From Cyanobacteria bacterium P01_F01_bin.150 (GTDB lineage: Bacteria > Cyanobacteriota > Cyanobacteriia > CAKZMO01): a stretch of 64,000 bases of DNA. The notes beneath the pieces are model-generated. The model saw only the letters and a program-made list of their open reading frames with translations, searched no databases and had not been told where the DNA came from. This document shows positions 17,089 to 26,889 of this stretch, one piece after another. Numbering within the stretch: the first letter of the stretch is position 1; every line of letters starts with the position of its first letter. Where the stretch lies: assembly GCA_039189765.1 (NCBI GenBank), contig JBCCYL010000006.1, positions 32,001-96,000 of the forward strand, given 5' to 3'. The position numbers were made by a program, and so were the translations under genes.

Positions 17089-19569
17089 TCAAGCTTCGAC
17101 AAGCGGTTCGATCAACCGTAAAATCGACTCAAATTCAAAATGTTCAATTAGGTTAGCCAGGGGCGATCGCAGATGAGTTGCATGGGATGGTAACGTTGTC
17201 AGCAAGGTCTGCATCGTCTGTTCATCCAAATCAATTAGAGCTGCCTTCATTGCCATACACCAGTCTTTAGGAACCGCTTGGAAATCGTCGGGCTTTAGTG
17301 GTCTGGCTAAGGTATCAGAATTGGGTAGAGCATTTGACTCAATATCCTGGCCTATTGGCTCTATGGGCGCATCATTCTCTCTGTAGCAATACTCTACGCC
17401 AAGAAGCTGCTGAATTTTCTCCAGCAGGTCAGCCGCCTTAAAGGGTTTTCGCAAATAGCCATCACATCCCGCCGCCAGGATAGTTGATTGGTCATCTTCA
17501 AAGACACTGGCCGTTAGCGCTAAGATTTTAGTCTGCACCGCCAGATCCTGCTCCTTCACTTGACGCTTAATTTGTTGCTTAATATGGCGAGTCGCCTGAT
17601 AGCCATCCATGCCGGGCATGCGTAAATCCATACAAATTAAGTGGGGTTTCCATACTTGCCAAAGGGCAATCGCCTCTTCTCCACTACCCGCTTCTTGCAC
17701 CTCAAACCCCAGGGGCGTCAGTAAATCAACCACCAATCGCCGACTTTGCCAAATATCGTCCACCACTAAAATTCGATAGGTGGGCTGAGTGGTAGCCAGT
17801 CCTACAACCTCAAGGGCAGGCGTGGTGGACTCAACAGCGGTGGTGACAGTGGTGGGCAGGGTAAAGCTAAAGGTTGTCCCCTGGCCAACCGTGCTGCTAA
17901 CGTCAAGAACTCCCCCTAAACAGTCGATAAATCGGCGGCTAATAGATAAGCCCAATCCCGTTCCCTGATGGGCATGCTTTCCAGCTTCGCTTTGGGTAAA
18001 GGGGGTAAAAATAGTGGCTAGGTCAGTGGTCGGAATGCCGGGACCCGTATCCGCCACTTCAAACTTGAGGGTGAGATCAGCTGTTGATCTCCAATCGCTG
18101 ACGCCGACATGGACCATGACCTGGCCCGTTTTTGTAAACTTCATAGCATTGCCCACCAGATTAATCAACACCTGCCGGAGCTTCCGGCAGTCGGTACAAA
18201 TCGCCTGGGGGACATCCGGATCTCGTTCTACGACCCAGCCCAGATTTTTAGTTTGGGCCTTGATTTGAAATAGGTGATCAATGGTTGTTAGCAAATGATG
18301 CAGATCTACAGGCGCTAGATCAATGGAGAGTTCGCCAGCCTCGATTTTGGAGAGTTCCAGCACTTCATCAATCATCTCCAGCAGATGTTCACCGCTGTGG
18401 TTGATAATATCGACGGTTTCCGTGTGGTTTGGGGAAAGGGTGCGATCGCGATGCATTAACTGACTAAACCCAATAATGGCATTGAGGGGCGTACGCAGTT
18501 CGTGACTCATCTTAGCCAGAAAGGCACTTTTGGCTTGATTGGCAGTGTCTGCTGCTTGCTTGGCGGCATCGGCGGCTTCCTTGGCCGTGGCCAACTCGGC
18601 GGTCTTCTCTGTGACCGCCTGCTGTAAATCCTGTTCGCGATTGATCAAGATTTGCAGCATATATTGAAAGGTGCGAGCAAGCTGCCCCAGCTCATCCCGA
18701 CGCTGCCCCAGCCGATCGAGTCGATTTTCATACCATTGACCGTACCCCTGGGCCACCTGGAGAGCAGGGTCGCTTAACTGTTTGGCAATGGAGGTGACCT
18801 GCAAAATGGGGCGAATAATTTTGCGCCTCAGCACTTGGTTTACTAAAAGAGTCAGCCCTAAAAAGACTCCCAGATTAATCGGTAGCCAGCGCCCCAGTTC
18901 GTTAAGGGTTTGGGTGATCAGGCTATTGGCCGGAAGATACACCGTTTGGGCCGCAATCACCTCGTTGAGCTGCCAGTTAAACCCATTCTGATCGCCATAC
19001 ATATCAATCATGGCTTTGGGGGCCATTTCAGGAGTACTGTGACACTCTAGACAGCTTGGCCGATCAACGACGAGGGGACGGGCCACAAAATAAACCCGCT
19101 GCTTAGGATTATCGGGCATGGGCAGGGTGCGATAGCCAGAGATTTGCTCCTGCTGAGTTTGACGAAAGGTTTGAATTAGCTTCTGTTCATACTCATCAGC
19201 CTGGTCCCGCAGATTGGTGGGGTTAATGGTGGCTTCCTTGTAATAAATTGGATTTTGACCAACGGCTGCGGTCACAAAATCCTCAAAGGTCTGGTGGGCA
19301 GCATAGGACGGAACCAATTCGGGGACAAAATAATCCTGATCTTGCTGGCCCTCCATCAAGCGTTGCTGCACATGGTCGCTGGTATAGTTGCGGTTACTCT
19401 GCATCACATTCAGCAGCAGCATAACCTGTCGATCCATATTGCGTTCTACCTCACCATAAAGCCATGTGGAGAGGAACGCTCCCGTTGTTAGGACGCTAAT
19501 CAGAAATGTAATCACCAAGATAACGTTGAACTGGTGAGTCAGTTTAGTGGTCCAACGGCGCATAGTCAC
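17089..19569 (-). CDS. hybrid histidine kinase with periplasmic heme-c (DUF3365/Tll0287-like) sensor, HAMP, HisKA, HATPase and REC
   Basis: YYKEATINPTNLRD, CLECH, GFNWQL, DELGQLARTF HAMP, FLAKMSHELRTP, REC MDLRMP. Confidence 0.9.
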   Translation of the reverse strand: MTMRRWTTKLTHQFNVILVITFLISVLTTGAFLSTWLYGEVERNMDRQVMLLLNVMQSNRNYTSDHVQQRLMEGQQDQDYFVPELVPSYAAHQTFEDFVTAAVGQNPIYYKEATINPTNLRDQADEYEQKLIQTFRQTQQEQISGYRTLPMPDNPKQRVYFVARPLVVDRPSCLECHSTPEMAPKAMIDMYGDQNGFNWQLNEVIAAQTVYLPANSLITQTLNELGRWLPINLGVFLGLTLLVNQVLRRKIIRPILQVTSIAKQLSDPALQVAQGYGQWYENRLDRLGQRRDELGQLARTFQYMLQILINREQDLQQAVTEKTAELATAKEAADAAKQAADTANQAKSAFLAKMSHELRTPLNAIIGFSQLMHRDRTLSPNHTETVDIINHSGEHLLEMIDEVLELSKIEAGELSIDLAPVDLHHLLTTIDHLFQIKAQTKNLGWVVERDPDVPQAICTDCRKLRQVLINLVGNAMKFTKTGQVMVHVGVSDWRSTADLTLKFEVADTGPGIPTTDLATIFTPFTQSEAGKHAHQGTGLGLSISRRFIDCLGGVLDVSSTVGQGTTFSFTLPTTVTTAVESTTPALEVVGLATTQPTYRILVVDDIWQSRRLVVDLLTPLGFEVQEAGSGEEAIALWQVWKPHLICMDLRMPGMDGYQATRHIKQQIKRQVKEQDLAVQTKILALTASVFEDDQSTILAAGCDGYLRKPFKAADLLEKIQQLLGVEYCYRENDAPIEPIGQDIESNALPNSDTLARPLKPDDFQAVPKDWCMAMKAALIDLDEQTMQTLLTTLPSHATHLRSPLANLIEHFEFESILRLIEPLVEA

Positions 19570-19575
19570 AGGCTC

Positions 19576-20259
19576 TCAACTGGTATGACGTAAGACATAA
19601 CCGACACCGCGCACGGTTTGCAGGATGCGTTCCTGCTGGGATGACTCCAGCTTTTTACGCAAGCGACGGACATAAATTTCTACCACACTGTCGTCATTGC
19701 CGTGGCCCCATTGCCACACCTGCTCCAGAATCGTTTGGCGGCTCACCACTTTTTCCGGGTGGAGCAAAAAGTATTCCAGCAGGTTAAATTCTTTGGTGGT
19801 TAATTCAATTTCGTGGCGATCGCGATAGGCCAGTCGGCGATATCGATCGAGCTTTAGGTCATTATATTCAAGAATCTCGCTGGCCTCAACAGCATTGGTC
19901 CGTCGCAGATTACAGCGGACCCTGGCCAGTAGCTCATCCATGCTAAAGGGTTTGGTGACATAATCATCGGCCCCTGCATCTAAGCCTGCGATGCGATCGC
20001 TCACCTCTGCTTGGGAGGTCAGAAATACAATAGGGATGGCCTGATCGGTTTTACGGATGCGCTGACAAATTTCCACGCCAGTGACTCCTGGGAGCATCCA
20101 ATCCAATAAAATCAGATCAAAGGAATGAGTACGGGCAGTTTCCAGCCCGGCAAATCCATCATAGGCCGTGGTGACATCATAGCCCTCGGCCCTCAGCTCT
20201 AGCTTAAGGAGGTTGGCGATTGTAATTTCATCTTCTATCACCAAAATTGACTGTCCCAT
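19576..20259 (-). CDS. OmpR-family response regulator
   Basis: REC (ILVIED, LLDWMLP, GADDYVTKPF) plus winged helix (VEIYVRRLRKKL, TVRGVGY). Ends 6 nt upstream of the heme-c kinase start. Confidence 0.95.
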   Translation of the reverse strand: MGQSILVIEDEITIANLLKLELRAEGYDVTTAYDGFAGLETARTHSFDLILLDWMLPGVTGVEICQRIRKTDQAIPIVFLTSQAEVSDRIAGLDAGADDYVTKPFSMDELLARVRCNLRRTNAVEASEILEYNDLKLDRYRRLAYRDRHEIELTTKEFNLLEYFLLHPEKVVSRQTILEQVWQWGHGNDDSVVEIYVRRLRKKLESSQQERILQTVRGVGYVLRHTS

Positions 20260-20444
20260 TCTGCAATCATCCCGTAATGCAACTCTTAGGCCGATAGCTC
20301 GGCAATATAAGCTTTTGCCACCGTTTTTCCGCCGTACGTTATGGCGGAATCTTTAACTCTCAGCATAAGAGAAACCACAGGGCCAAAGTGAGATCAAACT
20401 GAGAGGCCCTTTAAAATCATCCCAATGTTCCAATAAAAGCCGCT

Positions 20445-21533
20445 ATGTCTGCTGCCCAGATCCATTCTTCCCAGCCCCGCCTGCTGATTGTCGATGATCA
20501 GCCCGATAATTTACGGCTGCTGTCCACAATGCTGATGGACCAAGGCTATGAAGTCCGACGAGCCTTAAGTGGGACCCTGGCCCTGCGTAATGTGCAGGCC
20601 CACCCACCGGACTTAATTTTACTGGATATCAATATGCCAGAACTGAGTGGCTACGACGTCTGTCAAACTCTTAAGGCGGATGCCAAAACCCGCTCGATTC
20701 CGATTATTTTTTTGAGTGCATCCAATAGCGAGCAGGATAAGGTACAGGCGTTTGAAATGGGCGGAGTCGATTACATTACCAAACCCTTTCAGGTGCGGGA
20801 GGTGCTGGCGCGGGTGGCCACCCAGCTGAAGCTCCAACAGCTTAATCGTCTTAGGGAAAGCCTTTCTCGGATGCTAGTACACGATCTGCGTGCGCCTCTC
20901 ACCAGTATTAGCTTGGGTAGCAGCATGCTTTTGCGACGCGACTACATTCAGCCCAGTGACCACAATGTTATAGAAACCATTTACGCGACGAGCCAACGCC
21001 TTAATCATATGCTGAATGATTTGTTAATCACGGCGAAGCTGGATGCAGGGCAGTTGACTTTAAAGCGAGAGACGGTGGCAATTCAAGGATTAGTTGATGA
21101 GGCAATTCAGGGATTAATGAACGAAGCTGAGGCAAAACAGGTCAAGTTAGTCGGCAAAGTACCCGAAATCCCCTGCGCACTCTCCCTGGACGTCAATTTA
21201 TTTCGGCGGGTGATGGAAAACTTAATCACCAACGCCATTAAGTTTTCACCGATTGGGGGAACCATTACCGTCCTGTTTGAGATCCATACCGATCAAAGTT
21301 GTGATAGCACAGCCATTCTCAAAGTTATGGATATGGGGATGGGAGTGCCAGAGAATCAGCGGCAAAATATTTTTGACTCCTATCAAACGGGGCAGCATGT
21401 TGATGGAGTATCACAGATTGGGCTGGGATTAAGCTTCTGCAAATTAGTGGTTGATGCCCACGGAGGACAAATTTCTGTCATAGATAATGAACCCACTGGC
21501 GCAATATTTATGGTCGTTTTACCCCAGAAATAG
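20445..21533 (+). CDS. REC-HisKA-HATPase hybrid histidine kinase
   Basis: LLIVDD, LLDINMP, H-box LVHDLRAPL, NLITNAIKF, GLGLSFC. Confidence 0.92.
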   Translation: MSAAQIHSSQPRLLIVDDQPDNLRLLSTMLMDQGYEVRRALSGTLALRNVQAHPPDLILLDINMPELSGYDVCQTLKADAKTRSIPIIFLSASNSEQDKVQAFEMGGVDYITKPFQVREVLARVATQLKLQQLNRLRESLSRMLVHDLRAPLTSISLGSSMLLRRDYIQPSDHNVIETIYATSQRLNHMLNDLLITAKLDAGQLTLKRETVAIQGLVDEAIQGLMNEAEAKQVKLVGKVPEIPCALSLDVNLFRRVMENLITNAIKFSPIGGTITVLFEIHTDQSCDSTAILKVMDMGMGVPENQRQNIFDSYQTGQHVDGVSQIGLGLSFCKLVVDAHGGQISVIDNEPTGAIFMVVLPQK

Positions 21534-21574
21534 TATGGAAGGGCAAAACGAACGTGTCCCCATTAGCTAAACGT
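21533..21574. repeat. truncated copy of the GTAG REP-like element
   Basis: GTATGGAAGGGCAAAACGAACGTGTCCCCATTAGCTAAACGT matches the left half of 30344-30422. Fills the gap between convergent stop codons. Confidence 0.7.
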
Positions 21575-21578
21575 GACG

Positions 21579-23378
21579 CTATTTCTGATTGAAGAGGCGA
21601 TCGCCATCAGTCGGCTCTCCCAGAAGATAGCCTTGGCCAAACTCACAGCCTAACGCAGTGGCGGCTTCTAATTGTTCAAGTGATTCAATGCCTTCGGCAG
21701 TCACTGTCATATCTAGATCATGGGCTAGATTAATAATGGCACTTAACACTTTTTGATTACCTTGAGCATTCTCTATTTTTTGAATAAAAGATTTATCAAT
21801 TTTAATGTTTTCAACACGAAGCTGATTTAAATAGCTCAAACAGGAATATCCGGTACCAAAATCATCAATACTGACATTAATCTGAGAGCGTTTTAGATAC
21901 TCTAAGTTTGTTAAGATCACCGTATTTTGCTGCATTAATCCATATTCAGTAATTTCTAGCGCTAAGTGTTCAGGCTTGGCTTGTGTTTGTTCGAAAATAT
22001 GGCAAAGGTAGTCAATAAAATCTGTCTGTATCAGTTGCAATGACGACAAGTTAACCTGGAGCCGAAAAGAGGGCGGCAGTACTCCACTCTCCTGCCATGT
22101 TCTGAGCTGATAGCAGGCTTGCCGTATCACCAGTCGATCTAAATTCACTATCAGTGCGGTTTCTTCAGCAATGGGAATAAAGCGATCGGGTGAAAGCACT
22201 CCCATTGTGGGATGATGCCACCTGACTAGCGCCTCAGCACCTTTCAAGGCGTTCGTCTCCAGAGAGATAATTGGTTGGTATACCAATTGGAGTTCCTGCT
22301 GCTCTAACGCACGATGTAAATCATTTTGAGTTTCAAAAAAAGACAGTGCTCTATGGTACATTTCAGAATTAAACACTTGAATTTTTTCAAATCTCTGAGC
22401 CTCGGCTTGAGATAGGGCTGTCGTTGCATCTCTCAATATGTGTGTAGCTTTCTCATAGCCTTTTGAGGCAAGAACAATCCCCATGCAAATTTGAACATAG
22501 ACTGGGCAACGATCAATATGAAACGGTGAGAGCATCTCTTGGCGCAGTCGTTGTGCTAGCTCCAATATATTGGCTTGGTCTATGGGATATTCAATTAGTA
22601 AGGCAAATGTTTCTTCCCCATAAAAGGCTAAAAGAATACCGTCATCTAAACATGATTCTAAACGACGCTGCATGGAAATCAGTAGCTGATCCACTGCATG
22701 GTGACCCAAAGAATTATTAATCGTTTTTAACTGATTCCCCTTGAGTAAAATCAGCGCTGTCGGTTGATGGGGATTTTGATTCAAGATTTGGCTCAGTCGC
22801 TGGGATAAAAACACACGAGAGGGCAACCCGGTGAGGTTATCATGGGTAGCCATATACAACACTTTTTGCTGAATACGGAGACGTTCACCAATCTCTTGTT
22901 CTAGCTGTGCCGTTCTTTGAGTGACGCGTCGTTCTAGTTCCGTATTCAGAGTTTGAACCTGTATTTGAGCTGCACGTAAAGCGATATGAGTACCCACTCT
23001 AGCCAGTAATTCTTCAGCTTGAAAGGGTTTAGAAATATAGTCCACTCCTCCGACTTCAAGCGCCTTGACCTTATCCTGGGTTTGATCGAGAGCACTGAGA
23101 AAAATAATCGGGATATCCTGCGTTAACGGATCGACTTTCAAACGATTACAGACTTGGTATCCATTCATCTCAGGCATCTTGATATCTAGCAAAATTAAAT
23201 TTGGTTGTGCCGCTCTAGCGACGTTCAAGGCCACTTGCCCCGTCAGCGCATTGCGGACTTTATAGCCATGTTCACGTAAAATTTTGGATAAAAATGCAAG
23301 ATTTTCGGGCACATCATCAACAACCAGAATGTCTCCTAACGGAGAGGGGGATGGATCGTGATTAAATGGGTCGCTCAT
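21579..23378 (-). CDS. REC - degenerate GGDEF - EAL protein (probable c-di-GMP phosphodiesterase)
   Basis: REC (LLDIKMP), HDNLTGLP, A-site reads YGEETF, intact EAL, LEITE, DDFGTGYS and AEGIE. ATG 23378 chosen. Confidence 0.9.
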   Translation of the reverse strand: MSDPFNHDPSPSPLGDILVVDDVPENLAFLSKILREHGYKVRNALTGQVALNVARAAQPNLILLDIKMPEMNGYQVCNRLKVDPLTQDIPIIFLSALDQTQDKVKALEVGGVDYISKPFQAEELLARVGTHIALRAAQIQVQTLNTELERRVTQRTAQLEQEIGERLRIQQKVLYMATHDNLTGLPSRVFLSQRLSQILNQNPHQPTALILLKGNQLKTINNSLGHHAVDQLLISMQRRLESCLDDGILLAFYGEETFALLIEYPIDQANILELAQRLRQEMLSPFHIDRCPVYVQICMGIVLASKGYEKATHILRDATTALSQAEAQRFEKIQVFNSEMYHRALSFFETQNDLHRALEQQELQLVYQPIISLETNALKGAEALVRWHHPTMGVLSPDRFIPIAEETALIVNLDRLVIRQACYQLRTWQESGVLPPSFRLQVNLSSLQLIQTDFIDYLCHIFEQTQAKPEHLALEITEYGLMQQNTVILTNLEYLKRSQINVSIDDFGTGYSCLSYLNQLRVENIKIDKSFIQKIENAQGNQKVLSAIINLAHDLDMTVTAEGIESLEQLEAATALGCEFGQGYLLGEPTDGDRLFNQK

Positions 23379-23407
23379 GAGTTTCCCTGGTAGTAAGCCG
23401 AGTCTAT

Positions 23408-26400
23408 TTAGTTTACCGTCATGCGGATCGCACCTTCTGCCAGCGTTTGTATGCGATCGCAACGAAAGCTCTGAACTAATTGATAAAGCCCTTTGATAAC
23501 CTCTGGATCAGAATTGGGTAGGTCATGGAGAAGTTGCATTATCCATTCTTCATCAGCGACGGTAGCCGCCTCATAGAGCTGTCTCAGCCATTCTCTAGGG
23601 CAGGCAGCTAGCTGTTCATCTGTTAACTGCTGTTCGTCTTCTCTAAGGGTGTTGCTTTCAGCACCGGGGTCCTCCTCATAGATATAGGTTACCCCCAAGT
23701 ACTGGTGTAATTTTTCAAAAATAACGGCGTCTTGAAAAGGCTTCCGAACAAAATCATCGCAGCCGACGGAGAGAATCATCTGTTTTTCTGGCTCTAGAGC
23801 GCTAGCAGTTAAAGCAATAATCGCCGTGGCTTGCCCCCGGATATGAGCACGAATCCGCTGGGTCGCCTCGTAGCCATCCATAATCGGCATCCTCATGTCC
23901 ATCCAAATTAAATGCGGCTGCCACTCTTCCCATATTTGAATGGCCACTTGACCATTTTCGGCTTCTCGAACATCAAAGCCCATGGGTGTTAACAGTCTGA
24001 CCAGCAGGGTCCGACTTTCCCATTTATCCTCCACCACCAAGATACGGTAGATGGGTTGACCAGGCGCTAGGCGCATGACACCGAGGAAAGGATGATGCGG
24101 CTTTGTCTCTCTGGCGTCTGTCACGATTATGGGTAATGCAAGATGAAAGACCGACCCTTGTTCCAAGGTACTATCAGCGGTCAGTCTCCCATCCAACAGA
24201 TCCACGTAGTGTTTACAAATGGCTAATCCCAAACCAGTGCCAGATTGACGCTTTTGTCCAGCATCAGCTTGATAGAATTCATTGAAAAGGTGTTGAAGCT
24301 GATCAGGAGCAATGCCCGGTCCAGTATCTTCTATATCAATCTGAAGCGTCTCTGCGACTTTGATTCTAACGGTGATCCGACCGATTTCAGTAAATTTTAA
24401 GGCATTGCCAAGCAGATTGATCAGAATTTGCCGTAGTTTCGCTTCATCTGTTTTTATAGATTGGGGAATATCGGATTGTTGCTCAAAGATCAGAGTTAAT
24501 CCTTTAGTTTGAGCTTTAAGCTGGAACATGTCTTCCAGCGATCGCAGCAGTTCTGACAAGTTAAAAGACTGAATGGTGACCTCAACCCGCCCCGCCTCAA
24601 TTTTGGCCATGTTGAGAATATCGTTAATCAACGCCAGCAAGTGATCGCCGCTATTTTGAATGATGCGGAGGTACTCAGCAGATTCCTGGGAAAAACGATC
24701 GCGATCGGACTTTAGCAGTCTTTGCTGGATTTGAGTAAACCCCAGAATAACGTTGAGAGGTGTGCGTAATTCATGGCTCATATTTGCTAGAAACTGGCTT
24801 TTAAACTGATTAGCCCGTTCCGCCACTTGCTTTGCCTCTTCTAAGGACGCCGCCGCCAGTTTGCGCTCGGTAACATCCAGCACCGTCCCAAAGATGCGAA
24901 TCACTCGGCCCGATTTATCTTGAGTCCCTTTTCCTCGGCATTCAATATAGCGCAATTTACCATTGGATAACGTGATCCGCAGATCAACGTCATAGGGCAC
25001 TCCAGTGGTAATTAAACGGCGAGAAACCCGCGTCCATTGCCCATAATCATCGGGGTGAAGACGCCGAAAGACTTCTGCATAGCTGGGGGGCGAACCATTG
25101 GGATCAACCTCAAACATCCGCAATAGTTCCGCCGACCAGATCGTTTTTTTAGTCATCAAGTCAATTTCCCAATTGCCGACATGGGCTAACGTCTGGGCCA
25201 GTTTAAGCTGTTCGCTGGTCCTGTAGAGCTGCTGGGCAGACTGTTGAAATTTCTGTTGGCTGGCTCGTAATGCCTGGGTCCGTTCTTCCACCAGGGTATC
25301 TAAATGCTGAACATGAAGATTAAGCTGCGATCGCGACTCGGCTAAGTCTGCTCCCATGTGGTTAAAGCTTTGCACCAGCAGATTCAACTCATAAATGGGG
25401 GAGGCGGAGATCGGTTGATGGGGCGCTCCTTGGGCAATGGCCTGACTTGCTCGCCCCAATCGCACAATCGGTTGATCAATCCACCGCGCCAAAGCCAAGC
25501 TCATGCCGATGGACCCCATCAAGGTCAGCAGACTCAATAAAATTGTATTGCGGCTATTAGCTTGAATTTGAGTCGTCAGATCCGCTTCCGCAATCAGAGA
25601 CACGCCGACCCACTCTAAGCCATAGTCATCAGCAAAGGGCGTTAAGCGAATCCAATATCGTTCGTCACTGATCCGCACGCTAAACTGCCTTGGCAAGTCT
25701 TGAAACGTCTCAAATTGGCAAAGAGCATACGCCGCTACTCGATGCTTAAGGGAATAGGGATGGACGTTTGAAAGCGTTGGGTCCCGATCGTCGCTGACGG
25801 CTTTAAGGCTGCTGTTTTCCGTTTGCCCACTCTTGGTGTTGCAGTCTCCAGCTTTAATGGTTGGGACATCTAGCAAAGCACCGGAGTCTTCTGAGGTCGC
25901 AACAATGGAACCATCGGGGTCCATAATAAAAAGCATGCTGACGTAGGTTGTTTTTGCGTCAGCCAGAAATTTATTGATGGCCGTTAAGGTAAAGTCGGCC
26001 CCCGTCACTCCCTGTAAGGTTCCATCACGGCCAAAAGAGGGCTGTACAAAGCTAATCCCAAATTCTTGCACCCCTGCAAATTGATAAATATCGGTCCAAA
26101 GCGGTTTTCCCTCGGATGCAGCGGATTGGAACCAAGGTCTTTGGCGAGGATCATAAATCATCGATTCCACTTCTGGCCCCAATGTCCCATCATTTTTCAT
26201 GGAGTAGGTTCTCAGCAGATCCTCAGCGCTCCGTTTAATGCCGAATTCTAGACGACCATCAGGTAAACGAACCAGATATACATGCTCACGTTGTAGATTT
26301 CCATAGTAAAAATAGGTGACGTCCGGGAACTGCTGACTTTGGATAAACAGATGGGAGCGCCAATGTTCCAAGTTGAATGGATTGAGCTGACCCAATGCCA

Positions 26401-26617
26401 ACAGCGTTAAATTCTGTTGGGTCACCTGGGGAGGACTCGACGTGTAGTGCTGTAATTGACGAATAAGCTGCTTACCGGTATCGTCCAATAGCTGATCGGC
26501 AATTTCCTCAATTGCTTGTCGCCCATTCCAATGGGCTAACCAACCTGTGATGGACGTTACCACCACCACTTGCATCACCAGGGGAATCAATAACAGTGTG
26601 CGAAGCGATAGTTTCAT
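23408..26617 (-). CDS. Cache-HAMP-PAS hybrid histidine kinase with REC
   Basis: YDPRQRPWF Cache motif, HAMP, PAS (GNWEID, LHPDD, DVTERK), FLANMSHELRTP, REC MDMRMP. Confidence 0.92.
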   Translation of the reverse strand: MKLSLRTLLLIPLVMQVVVVTSITGWLAHWNGRQAIEEIADQLLDDTGKQLIRQLQHYTSSPPQVTQQNLTLLALGQLNPFNLEHWRSHLFIQSQQFPDVTYFYYGNLQREHVYLVRLPDGRLEFGIKRSAEDLLRTYSMKNDGTLGPEVESMIYDPRQRPWFQSAASEGKPLWTDIYQFAGVQEFGISFVQPSFGRDGTLQGVTGADFTLTAINKFLADAKTTYVSMLFIMDPDGSIVATSEDSGALLDVPTIKAGDCNTKSGQTENSSLKAVSDDRDPTLSNVHPYSLKHRVAAYALCQFETFQDLPRQFSVRISDERYWIRLTPFADDYGLEWVGVSLIAEADLTTQIQANSRNTILLSLLTLMGSIGMSLALARWIDQPIVRLGRASQAIAQGAPHQPISASPIYELNLLVQSFNHMGADLAESRSQLNLHVQHLDTLVEERTQALRASQQKFQQSAQQLYRTSEQLKLAQTLAHVGNWEIDLMTKKTIWSAELLRMFEVDPNGSPPSYAEVFRRLHPDDYGQWTRVSRRLITTGVPYDVDLRITLSNGKLRYIECRGKGTQDKSGRVIRIFGTVLDVTERKLAAASLEEAKQVAERANQFKSQFLANMSHELRTPLNVILGFTQIQQRLLKSDRDRFSQESAEYLRIIQNSGDHLLALINDILNMAKIEAGRVEVTIQSFNLSELLRSLEDMFQLKAQTKGLTLIFEQQSDIPQSIKTDEAKLRQILINLLGNALKFTEIGRITVRIKVAETLQIDIEDTGPGIAPDQLQHLFNEFYQADAGQKRQSGTGLGLAICKHYVDLLDGRLTADSTLEQGSVFHLALPIIVTDARETKPHHPFLGVMRLAPGQPIYRILVVEDKWESRTLLVRLLTPMGFDVREAENGQVAIQIWEEWQPHLIWMDMRMPIMDGYEATQRIRAHIRGQATAIIALTASALEPEKQMILSVGCDDFVRKPFQDAVIFEKLHQYLGVTYIYEEDPGAESNTLREDEQQLTDEQLAACPREWLRQLYEAATVADEEWIMQLLHDLPNSDPEVIKGLYQLVQSFRCDRIQTLAEGAIRMTVN

Positions 26618-26762
26618 CAGCACTCTCTTCAGATTAGATTCTTATATTCCTTGCACTCATCCTACCCTCAGGACTCTATTTCTGGGCAAGTCCTCAGCAC
26701 CAAGTCGGCGATTGGGACACGTTACTCGATCCCCATGCCTAAAAGCACGACTCCAAAGAAAA

Positions 26763-26806
26763 GCCCCAGCTAGATCTCGGAACACGTAAGGAGATCTAGC
26801 TGAGGC
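26763..26806 (-). terminator. intrinsic terminator downstream of the CHRD/RTX gene
   Basis: GCCCCAGCTAGATCTC...GAGATCTAGCTGAGGC stem followed by TTTTCTTT on the minus strand. Confidence 0.7.
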
Positions 26807-26889
26807 GATTTAACCACTACTGGCAATAGAGGGTGAGCGATAACAGTTCACCCCAATCCTGCATTGCAATATAAATAAGAATGAAGTTT

